Source of the DNA: Octopus bimaculoides
Taxonomy: Eukaryota
Assembly (NCBI RefSeq): GCF_001194135.2
Contig: NC_068983.1
Span: 5,440,840 to 5,493,309 of the forward strand
DNA length: 52,470 bases
Direction of reading: 5' to 3'
Of the stretch, positions 37,201-48,087 are shown in pieces; positions within the stretch are counted from its first letter, which is position 1, and every line of letters begins with the position of its first letter. The notes beneath the pieces are model-generated. The model had not been told where the DNA came from and made no database searches. It worked only from the letters and a program-made list of their open reading frames with translations. A program made the translations under genes and the position numbers.

Positions 37201-37829
37201 GATGATGATTAAAACATTGCGAATCAGTCTCAGGACATTGCTGAGGACCCGGATGAACTTGGTTACTTCCCTCGATTTACTAATTACCATCATGCATTTT
37301 GTCCATCACTCTACCAGTTAACTACCATCACTCTACCAATTGTCTGACATCATCTTAAATTTTAGCAATAATAATTTAATCATATTGTGATGATGGCTAT
37401 GCACCAAATATGCGTATACGTGAGCTAAAAGCCTCCTCTGCTTTGATTCCCGAATTAAATAAGAAAAAAGTTAAAAAAACAAACTAAAATCGACCGAAGT
37501 ACTAAAGTAATAAACTGACTAGCCTGTTATTCTAACCACCTACGTTGAAGATATGAAACTGAGTGAGTAAAATAAAGGGAAGAGAAGGTAGAGGAAGAAG
37601 GAAGAATAGAAAGACAGAAAGAGGAAAAGGAAGGAAGCAGGAAGAGAAAGGATGAAAGAGGAAGGAACAGTGTTTATCTGCAGACAATTTGTTTTTGTTT
37701 AAGCAGCTGGCTTATACTCTCCCAACCTGCTAAAAAGAGTAGTCAAACCTTAAAGGCTATATTAAATGATATTATAGTTCTCGACGTATGAAATACGGAA
37801 TTTTCGTGCCTGGAACACCTTTCACCAGA

Positions 37830-38075
37830 GCTTTGTTCGAATGTGACTGTGGAACACTTCAACGCCAAACACGAAGGGTGTGTTGTCAGGGCTGCGATGC
37901 GTGTTCTAAGGAACAAAGGTGTTGGAGCCGCGTGAGAGGCCCGGGTGGCGGAGGCGCCATTCGGTCACTGGTAGATGAACAGGGGCGCGAATTGGAAGAG
38001 AAAATTGGAAGCGCATTGTGATCATCGGTGTATCGCAACATCCGATAGTCTCATTGATGCAGTGATACAGTGATC
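37830..38075 (+). mobile_element. L1/Tx1-like LINE fragment (endonuclease-RT linker), internally deleted
   Basis: Frame EHFNAKHEGCVVRAAMRVLRNKGVGAA*EARVAEA shifts to IRSLVDEQGREL, resembling the ...IRSLxDxxG linker of Tx1-like ORF2 (from memory, not a search). Confidence 0.55.
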
Positions 38076-38621
38076 GTTTAGTCAATTAATTTTACACGTA
38101 ACATATTATCGATGTAACTACAGCCAATTTAAGACACAAAGCTGGAATTTGAAATCAAAACTTCAAGGTACTGAAATATTTGTAGCAGCAAAACGTTAAA
38201 TACATCATAAGATCTTGGCATCTTAGATTCTTCTCTCCACTAAGCAAATATCGTCAGTGTCGTAAACCAGTAATTCGTAAGAGAATGACTAAAGAAACGG
38301 AAATTACGTTATGTTGTTTGCGCATGTTGCCATAACAGAGCAGATCTCTCTGGAGGAGTAAAACTGATCCTTTCAAGTTAACGAAAAATGAAACACAGGT
38401 GAAATTTATATGTTGCCTCTGCTTACGTCAGCCACTTGTTCCAATGCTTCACCGTTTAAAAGTTGTCTTGTGTACAAGGACGAGCTCTACTATATCTCTC
38501 TGAGCAAGAGTTGTTGTTCTTTATTTAGAGACCTTCCCTAGTGTAATAGTTCTATAATCAGATGTGTAATAATTCGGATATTATTACAAGCACAATGTAT
38601 CTAAAACTATTTTATCCGTTA

Positions 38622-39091
38622 TCCTTCATCTCTTACTTGTCTCAGTCATTAGACTGCAGCCATACTGGCGCATCTCAGTAATTATTTTCTTGTAAAACCT
38701 GGCACTTATTCTGTTTTTCTGAACCTTTATGTTACGAGACATAAACATACCAACACTGGTTATCAAGTGGTGGTGGTACAAACACAGGCATAAAGATACA
38801 CCCCCACCACACATAAATATGTATACGACGGGCTTCTTTCAATTTCCGTCTATCAAATCCACTCGCAAGGCTTCGGTCGGCCCGAGGCTGTAGTAGAAAA
38901 TACCTACCCCACCACACACAAATGTATACGACGGGCTTCTTTCAGTTTCCGTTTACCAAATACACTTAAAAGGCTTTGGTCGGCCTGAGGTTATAGTAGA
39001 AGACACTTGACCAAGGTGTCACGCAGTTGGACTGAAACCGGAACCATGTGGTTGGAAAGCAAGCTTCTTACCAAGCAGCCACGCCTGCGCC
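38622..39091 (-). mobile_element. SINE-B, full length, with an internal ~105-bp tandem duplication
   Basis: Intact head ggcgcaggcgtggctg; the module ccccaccacac...gtatacgacgggcttctttca...tagtagaa occurs at 38800-38905 and 38906-39008. Confidence 0.88.
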
Positions 39092-39142
39092 TATAATGCA
39101 TACATACACACACACACACAGACACACACACACACACACACA

Positions 39143-39218
<76 letters not shown>

Positions 39219-39392
39219 CGTTGATATATATGTGTTTTAAAAGGTTGAAAATGTTTTTGTCCTTTAATTGGAGTAATTTTCAAAAGATTTATAACGTTGT
39301 TTCTTTATATTTTTACTTTTGAATTTATTGGTGTAAATTAACGTCGATATGAAAAGTTATAAAGGTATATTAAGTTTATGGTTTAACTTATA

Positions 39393-39934
39393 TTAAACAA
39401 AGTTCAACAATTTCAATCACATTTTACATAAATGGAGGAGATTAGATGTTAATATGGATGATATTTTTTTTATTCATGTAGCTATGCAATCGTTTCCTAC
39501 AGAAAAAAAACAATGAATTCATTTTAAGAATCTGAGTTGTCAAAAGTACTCGTCAGTAGCTGAAAATAAGAAAAAAACTAAAAAGAGGTTCGTATTACAC
39601 AGGTATGGTGTTCTTACTCATTTTTGTAATGAGTTATTATTCATGTCGATTTAAATGTCTTGGTTTTAAATAGACATGACTCCAAGAATAATAACACAGT
39701 ACAAAAAGGAGTAAGAACACCTTACTTATGTAATCTTAAAGTCTTTTTAGCATTTTCCTTATGTTCCGCTACTGGTGAGTACTTTTTGACAACTCAGATT
39801 TTTAAAATGAATTTAGTGTCTTTCTGTATGAAACGATCGTATAGCTACATGAATAAAAAAACATATAAACCATATTAACGTTTAATCTCCTCTATTTACG
39901 TAAAATATGATTGAATTTGTTGAACTTTGTTTAA
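39393..39934. mobile_element. Foldback element: ~265-bp imperfect inverted arms with a ~9-bp spacer, bounded by TTAA
   Basis: ttaaacaaagttcaacaatttcaatc... versus ...gattgaatttgttgaactttgtttaa; complementarity continues to the centre at 39656-39664. Confidence 0.85.
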
Positions 39935-39939
39935 GAAGT

Positions 39940-39981
<42 letters not shown>

Positions 39982-39984
39982 TGA

Positions 39985-40350
39985 TTTATTATTATTATTA
40001 TTTGATGAGAACTCTCAGCTTATTTTGCTGCGTATGATGGACGGTTTCAGCTGCCCACAGCCAGCAGACTAAGGTGCCACGTGTTTACTGATCAGGCTTC
40101 AAGATCCTGCAGAGAACTGTTGCAGTTCTGAGCAATGCTGATTCTTGTAGGTGTTCTATCGTTACATTTTGTACCAATGTTTTTGAGCCTCGTTGGTAGT
40201 TGAGCGCTGATACTTCCAAGAGCGCCAATTACTACCGGTATCACGTCCACTCTCTGCGTATTTTCCACTTCAGTTCGTCACAGTTGTTCGCTTTTTCTTC
40301 TCTCTCACTGATCCAGTTGTCACCGGGACATGCTACGTCCATTATCATGC
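39985..40350 (-). mobile_element. R4/Dong-type LINE 3' end (third family) with (AAT)n tail
   Basis: Minus strand reads ICMIMDVACPGDNWISEREEK...VDVIPVVIGALGSISAQLP...IEHLQESALLRTATVL with frameshifts; tail aataataataat at ~39988-40003. Confidence 0.85.
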
Positions 40351-40413
40351 AAATTCTCGTTGCTGTGTTAGTGATGCTGTTACCGCTCTTGTTGTTGCTG
40401 TTGTAGTGGTACT

Positions 40414-40446
<33 letters not shown>

Positions 40447-40463
40447 CGTCGTCGTTGTTGTTG

Positions 40464-40528
<65 letters not shown>

Positions 40529-40684
40529 GTATATAGAGACGCTTATGTTTGTTTTTACGTCAAATTATATATAAAAGCAATTTAACATTAAACTGGCTTC
40601 ACTCAATATTTTGAACGTTTATAAGAAGAGGGCTGACAGTGAGTTCGAAGCTTCGGCCTGTTAGACTTGATCGGACACACCCAC

Positions 40685-40785
40685 ACACACAGAGGCACAC
40701 ACACAGGGGCACACACACAGAAGCACACACACAGAGGCACACACACAGAGGCACAAACACAAAAGCACACACACACAGACAGATA
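40685..40785. repeat. 14-bp minisatellite (GCACACACACAGAG) about x6
   Basis: Directly visible. Confidence 0.85.
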
Positions 40786-40829
40786 TATTTAAATATACAT
40801 AACTATGTAATATATATGTACATGTGTGT

Positions 40830-40866
<37 letters not shown>

Positions 40867-41000
40867 TGAAAGGAAACCAAACAGAAATAAAAAAAACAGA
40901 CATTAAGAGGAGGGGCAGTCAAATGAAAAGAGAAAGAGAATCGGGTTGGTTCGCTGTGTTCGTAAAGCCAAGTATTGCAGCCCAGTGACCACAATGGCTT

Positions 41001-41221
41001 CCATAGGTGCAGTAAAACAATCGTAGCTGGTACCAGTAGAGTACAAGGTGTCCAAGAGTAGAACAATAGCCAGACAAGTAGCCATTGTCCTATGGAGCGG
41101 AAATATTAACGACTGGTATTGATTAAGGCATTTCTGAATCGATAGAGACAGTAATGGTTTCTGGAAGGATACTCCCAGATTGCCGGAGAATTGTCTATAT
41201 ATATATGTGTGTGTATGTTTG

Positions 41222-41258
<37 letters not shown>

Positions 41259-41696
41259 GAGAGAGAGAGAGAGAGAGAAATATATGTACATATAAATGTA
41301 TGCATATATATATAAATATATATATATATATNNNNNNNNNNNNNNNNNNNNNNNNNNNNNNNNNNNNNNNNNNNNNNNNNNNNNNNNNNNNNNNNNNNNN
41401 NNNNNNNNNNNNNNNNNNNNNNNNNNNNNNNNNNNNNNNNNNNNNNNNNNNNNNNNNNNNNNNNNNNNNNNNNNNNNNNNNNNNNNNNCCATAGGTGCAG
41501 TAAAACAATCGTAGCTGGTACCAGTAGAGTACAAGGTGTCCAAGAGTAGAACAATAGCCAGACAAGTAGCCATTGTCCTATGGAGCGGAAATATTAACGA
41601 CTGGTATTGATTAAGGCATTTCTGAATCGATAGAGACAGTAATGGTTTCTGGAAGGATACTCCCAGATTGCCGGAGAATTGTCTATATATATATGT
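41001..41696. repeat. Identical 208-bp segment duplicated across a gap (41001-41208, 41489-41696)
   Basis: No mismatches seen; second copy starts exactly at the gap edge. Confidence 0.9.
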
Positions 41697-41819
41697 ATAT
41701 ATGTATTTATATGACACACACACTCACACGAGTTAATAAGTATTTGCATGTACATTCTATGCAGATGCACGTATAAATGTATATAGGTACATAGATATTC
41801 GTGTGTGTGTGGGTGTGTG

Positions 41820-41857
<38 letters not shown>

Positions 41858-41959
41858 GTGTTTGTAATATGTAAATATAAAAATGAGCAATACAAGTGCC
41901 GCTTTCATTACTGATAATTTCTGTTTAATCTTGCAGAACACATACCTGCTCATATATAT

Positions 41960-42009
<50 letters not shown>

Positions 42010-42299
42010 ACACGCATATATTTATATATATATGTGCGTGTATGTGTGTGAGTGTGTGCATACACACATATTTACAAGTAAACCTAAAGCAGTCTGCATA
42101 TATTTGCATATAGTCATATGAAGAACGGCGCATATATTTCAAATTCATACAGAAATGTACGCATACATGAATAACGAAATTCTCCCACTTATATATGCTT
42201 GTCTGTATAAATGGAAGCTTAATATTTATAATGATGAATACAAATATCTATTCAACACACAAACGTATAGAGTTATATATGTATTATATATATTGCGAA

Positions 42300-42628
42300 A
42301 TGGTATTCCGTCGGTGAGGACGATGACGTGGGTTCCAGTTGATCCAATCAACGGAACAGCCTGCTCGTGAAATTAACGTGCAAGTGGCTGAGCAATCCAC
42401 AGACGCGCGTATCTTTAACGTAGTTCTCTGGAAGATTCCACGTGACACAAGATGTGACAAGGCTGGCCCCATTGAATTACTGGTACAACTCATTTTTGCC
42501 AGCTGAGTGTACTGGAGCAACGTGAAATGAAGTGTCTTGCTCAAGGACACAATATGCCACCAGGAATCGAACTTACGATCTTACGATAGTGAACCGATTA
42601 CCCTAACCACTAAGCCATGGGCCTTCAC
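42300..42628 (-). mobile_element. Chimeric SINE: D-type head and CORE-like module joined to the C-type 3' half
   Basis: Head gtgaaggcccatggcttagtggttaggg...ttcgattcctgg, tgtgtccttgagcaagacacttc module, then gggccagccttgtcaca...ctgttccgttgattggatcaactggaacc. Candidate TSD atattgc (42290-42296, 42629-42635). Confidence 0.85.
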
Positions 42629-43673
42629 ATATTGCTATATACAGTATACAATATGAATATATATCGTTTATGCAAAAGTGTCGTAAGTACAAAAGATTGC
42701 TTTTTACAAGAAACGAAAAAGTAGTTTCACCATTCCATTTCTGTTTACATTAGCAAAAGTCTCAGCTTAAGAATAATACTTTGTTGGGTGCATAAAATCG
42801 TAACTCCATGCATGTGTGATACTTTCACTTAGAAATATATTTTTGCAAAACTGTCGGATGTGTGAGTTACTACACTTTTGAAAAATGCTAAACCGTTGTA
42901 CTACATTTTGACAATTTTCATTTGAAGTAGCTGGAAATACGATAGTTTGACCAAAAGAAGCGGCAACTGGAAGTAAAATTAAATGTACTTATACACCGGT
43001 ATAAGTACCCAGTACTTATACTATCGGACACCGGCAGAACTTCTAAGTTAGAAAGTTACGAAGACCTAAACATACCAACACCGGGTGTCAAGTGGTGCTG
43101 CGATACAAANNNNNNNNNNNNNNNNNNNNNNNNNNNNNNNNNNNNNNNNNNNNNNNNNNNNNNNNNNNNNNNNNNNNNNNNNNNNNNNNNNNNNNNNNNN
43201 NNNNNNNNNNNNNNNNNNNNNNNNNNNNNNNNNNNNNNNNNNNNNNNNNNNNNNNNNNNNNNNNNNNNNNNNNNNNNNNNNNNNNNNNNNNNNNNNNNNN
43301 NNNNNNNNNNNNNNNNNNNNNNNNNNNNNNNNNNNNNNNNNNNNNNNNNNNNNNNNNNNNNNNNNNNNNNNNNNNNNNNNNNNNNNNNNNNNNNNNNNNN
43401 NNNNNNNNNNNNNNNNNNNNNNNNNNNNNNNNNNNNNNNNNNNNNNNNNNNNNNNNNNNNNNNNNNNNNNNNNNNNNNNNNNNNNNNNNNNNNNNNNNNN
43501 NNNNNNNNNNNNNNNNNNNNNNNNNNNNNNNNNNNNNNNNNNNNNNNNNNNNNNNNNNNNNNNNNNNNNNNNNNNNNNNNNNNNNNNNNNNNNNNNNNNN
43601 NNNNNNNNNNNNNNNNNNNNNNNNNNNNNNNNNNNNNNNNNNNNNNNNNNNNNNNNNNNNNNNNNNNNNNNNN

Positions 43674-43713
<40 letters not shown>

Positions 43714-44384
43714 TTATACACATACATATAAATACATATACACACACACACATATGTATATATATATATATATGCACATATACAAATACCCGTCTGAAAG
43801 TAAATTTGCTAATTGTTTGATTTTTATAGTCAGCCATATTTATGAATGGCTGATTGCAATAAGCTTTTATAAATTTCTTTCTTTTTTTCTCTCACGGTGG
43901 CTTTTTGACGACAATGACTTTTCTCACCACACCGGGGCCAATAGCTCCGATCAAGTGAAACAAAAGCCAATAAGGGTAAATTAATGATCCGTCTTTCCTG
44001 TTTCAATGCACCCACCTGGCACCAGTATTTTTTTTCTGTTTTTCTTTTGTTTTTGTTTTTTTTTAAATTTTCCTATCACTTAAGACGGCCATAGAAATTA
44101 TTCTCCTTATCTTCTTTTCGATGGTAAGGAATTACAAAAACAGAAAGAAAGAAAGAAAACAGAAAAACAGTGTAAATAATAACTGTAAAAAAATAAAGTG
44201 CTCTCACGGTGATACCACAAAGAGAGAACAATAAAGACAATGGCCGCAAAAACAAATCAAAATAAACGAAATAAAAATAGGAGTAGCAATGTACCTTTAT
44301 ATTTATTCATTCATGTTACACCGCAAGGTAGCACCTAGTGGAAGCTGATTCGTCAGTTGGGTGTATATGTAACTACCATGCATC

Positions 44385-44590
44385 TTTTTAGACTACGGCC
44401 ACGCTGGGGCACCGCCTCCAAGGATTTTAGTACCATTCTTTCTTTTATCTGTAAAGCCTGGTGCTTATTCTGTCGTTTTTTTTGACGAACCGCTAAGTTA
44501 CCAGGACGTAAACACACCAACACCAGTTGGCAAGCAGTGATGGGGGACAAACACAGAAAAACACACACACGCACTCACGGATATATATAC

Positions 44591-44647
<57 letters not shown>

Positions 44648-44878
44648 CATATATATGTATGTAAACACACACACAAACACACCCACCCAGACACCACCCC
44701 CCCACATATATATATATATACGATGAGCTTCTTTCAGTTTCCATCTTCTAAATCCAGTCACACGGCTTTGGCCGGCTTGAAACTACGGTACAAAGCACCT
44801 GTCCAAGGCGTCACGCAGTGGTACCGAACCCGAAACCATGTGGTTGAGAAGCAAACTTCTCACTACACAGCCACAGGT
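44385..44878 (-). mobile_element. SINE-B, full length, with ~170-bp internal AC/AT microsatellite
   Basis: Same head, junction and 3' body as the other B copies; microsatellite at ~44550-44720. Confidence 0.85.
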
Positions 44879-46519
44879 CGACCCATAAATTTTGAGTAAA
44901 ATTTGGCAAACGAAAACTCTTTGGAAGACTGTCAGATGGATTGTACCTGGAATGCAAAGGTCCAGCAATGTAACACTGTACCCTTAAGGGTACTGCTTGT
45001 CCTTGGAATGCTTAGGCACCTAATGCTAGTTCTATGAGTAGGGGATTCAGTTCATCACACAGTCGAATCCACATTGAACAAGCTGAAGAGAGTCATCCAT
45101 GTCTATCTACCTGTCTGCTTGTCTCTCTGTCTTTACTTTCGCTTCTTTTAATCACTGGATTGCGTCTATGCTTGGGCATCCTTTTAATGGGTTTAAGTCT
45201 ATTATATCAACAGGCGTACATACATTTATGTTTGGTACTCATTTCAGCGATCTGGTTTTGTCCTCCGTTAAGATACGGACCATAAACGCACACACCGTTC
45301 TTTTTCCAAGAGGTGTTACGGTAGAGAAAGACAAAGAGATTGATATTTCCACACACACAAACACATGAAAGAAAAATCTGTGTCGCCTATAGCAGGATTT
45401 GAACTCAGAAAACCGGAACGAATCCTGTAGAGAGTCCTATCCACTGCTTTAAAGACTCTTCCATTATGTCGCTTTAGGAACAAGGAAGAACTATAATCAA
45501 ATAAATTGACTTACTAACAGTAAACTACTAATATTTATTTTACCAACCATGTACGAAACATAGCGAAGTGAACCTCGGTATGATTCGAGCACGGTCGTCA
45601 ACGGGGCATAACTAAAATATACCAATACTTAATTGATATTATATAATGAAACACGATCGGCAAAATTAAGAATCACAATGACCATAATATGATAAGATGG
45701 AGGAAAACAACACCACTCTACCTTCATCCTTGTTCATAAACAATAAACAATAACAGCAAGCACAACAATACAAACAACAATATCGATGGGATTATATATA
45801 TGTATTTATTTTCAGTGTGACGTTTCATCTTTTTCTGCGGATTTCCTTATCTTAGCCAAAACTCTTGGTTGGTATTAAGCCTATTTCTTATCCGTTAAAA
45901 GCAGGTTTAGCATTCTACTGCTAAATGATTTTTTCAGAATTAATGAACACAAAATAATATCTTAGATTTCTTCCCCGTTAATCAATAGAATTATAAAATT
46001 TGGGTAGCAGATTTAAAATTTTCTTTCGTGTGTTGTGTTGCGTTTTTTTTTTTTTAAAGTTTTCTTTTCTCGATAACTTCCCTTTCTGTCAATTTTATCA
46101 AATATGAAAAAGGAGTAAAACTCTCAACTATTCAACATTAATATCTGTAACAGATTTTTCCTATTCATTCTATGAAAGACTGAATTCAATTTATTTGTAT
46201 CGTATTTTTCTCTTTCAATTCAGAAAGAATATTAACAGAGGTTATTATTAAAAAGTCAAAACCTGCACTCACTCACTCACGTTGGCGGTCGTTTCGTATT
46301 CTTTCACTTTAGTGCAAACATATTTGTTTTAATTCAATAAAATTCAGTTTAATTTAATTCAATTCAACACACTTTCGTTGTCATTGTATTGACGAGGATA
46401 TTAACGAGTACAATAACAATAGTTTAAGTACAATAAAATCGTAATTACAGTTATGAGTAACAAAAATTGAAGATCATTGAGTGAAATTTGATAGTAGGGA
46501 AACTGTCCAGAAGCCCATC

Positions 46520-46564
<45 letters not shown>

Positions 46565-46997
46565 NNNNNNNNNNNNNNNNNNNNNNNNNNNNNNNNNNNN
46601 NNNNNNNNNNNNNNNNNNNNNNNNNNNNNNNNNNNNNNNNNNNNNNNNNNNNNNNNNNNNNNNNNNNNNNNNNNNNNNNNNNNNNNNNNNNNNNNNNNNN
46701 NNNNNNNNNNNNNNNNNNNNNNNNNNNNNNNNNNNNNNNNNNNNNNNNNNNNNNNNNNNNNNNNNNNNNNNNNNNNNNNNNNNNNNNNNNNNNNNNNNNN
46801 NNNNNNNNNNNNNNNNNNNNNNNNNNNNNNNNNNNNNNNNNNNNNNNNNNNNNNNNNNNNNNNNNNNNNNNNNNNNNNNNNNNNNNNNNNNNNNNNNNNN
46901 NNNNNNNNNNNNNNNNNNNNNNNNNNNNNNNNNNNNNNNNNNNNNNNNNNNNNNNNNNNNNNNNNNNNNNNNNNNNNNNNNNNNNNNNNNNNNNNNN

Positions 46998-47051
<54 letters not shown>

Positions 47052-47289
47052 ATGTATGTATGTATGTATGTAGTAGCTCTAGTTTTCTGTAGCTGCTGTA
47101 ATTGTTGTGTATATAAACAGACTCGCTGCTTGTTTCTCTGGAATTGGTCAAATTGATGCAGACGCCTCTGTTGAGAATCTAATAAGATTCGAAAATCAAT
47201 TAAATTTCATAAACTTTTACAATTTACAGAGAAACACCAAAATCAGCCCTGTTTATAAACGTACTCAATAAGTTGCACAATAAGTTATT

Positions 47290-47440
47290 GGCGCAGGAGT
47301 GGCTGTGTGGTAAGTAGCATGCTTACGAACCACATGGTACCGGGTTCAGTCCCACTGCGTGGTACCTTGGGCAAGTGTCTTCTACTATAGCCTCGGGTCG
47401 ACCAAAACCTTGTGAGTGGATTTGGTAGACGGAAACTGAA
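47290..47440 (+). mobile_element. SINE-B 5' half, well preserved, truncated at ggaaactgaa
   Basis: ggcgcaggagtggctgtgtggtaagtag (A box), gggttcagtccc (B box), ccttgggcaagtgtctt (CORE-like). Confidence 0.9.
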
Positions 47441-47697
47441 TATTGTTGAACATTTATGGTGCATTTTAGAAAAACAAGTGAGGAGTCGATATCCTCCACC
47501 ATCATCACTACAAGAACTGTAGCCATTTTTTACCTGAAGTATGGACAAAAATTACTTTGGAAATAATTCAAACATTATACGAGTCCATATCTCGCAGAAT
47601 TCAAGCTGTAATTACTGCCAAAGGCGGTCCTACTCCATATTAAAATAAATTTGTTTGAAATTTTAAGGTGTTTCCGTTATTTTGTCCAACACCTGTA
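47436..47697 (+). mobile_element. Tc1 transposon 3' end: transposase C-terminus, right TIR and TA
   Basis: LNIVEHLWCILEKQV...VWTKITLEIIQTLYESISRRIQAVITAKGGPTPY* is a classic Tc1 C-terminus; TIR ggtgtttccgttattttgtccaacacctg followed by TA. Confidence 0.9.
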
Positions 47698-47783
47698 TAT
47701 ATATTTGTTTATATATATATTTGTGTATGTGTGTGTATGTATTTAATTGTACACATATATATGTACACGCACGCATACACACG

Positions 47784-47814
<31 letters not shown>

Positions 47815-48087
47815 GTACACACACACGCACACACACACGCACACACACGTATATAGCGAATTTGCAGAGCTGACTAAAATATTTCAGAGTTTGTTTTCAC
47901 TCTCTACAATACGATTTCGAATCGCACCGAGACCAAATTTACCATTTATCTATTGAGGCTAGATGACAAAAAAATGTACCAATCCAAGATGATGGACGAT
48001 GAGAACTTGTTAGAGCGTTGAAAGAGACACTTATTCCAGCCTTTTTCCGTCCTGACAACATAGGTATTCATGATACTGGTACCTACG

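Noticed and set aside
37788-38021. 77-aa Cys-rich ORF (ECDCG...VCCQGCDAC) resembling a toxin or cystine-knot peptide
   Set aside because: An overlapping frame matches a Tx1-like LINE linker, and the ORF end is LINE and repeat sequence; no signal peptide
44978-44993. Perfect 16-bp palindrome gtacccttaagggtac centred on TTAA
   Set aside because: Isolated; orientation does not fit piggyBac ends and no associated element was seen
614-47156. Long ORFs in the track rich in Y/I/H/T/V/C/M or X
   Set aside because: They are translations of (TA)n, (CA)n, (TATG)n and triplet repeats or run through N gaps
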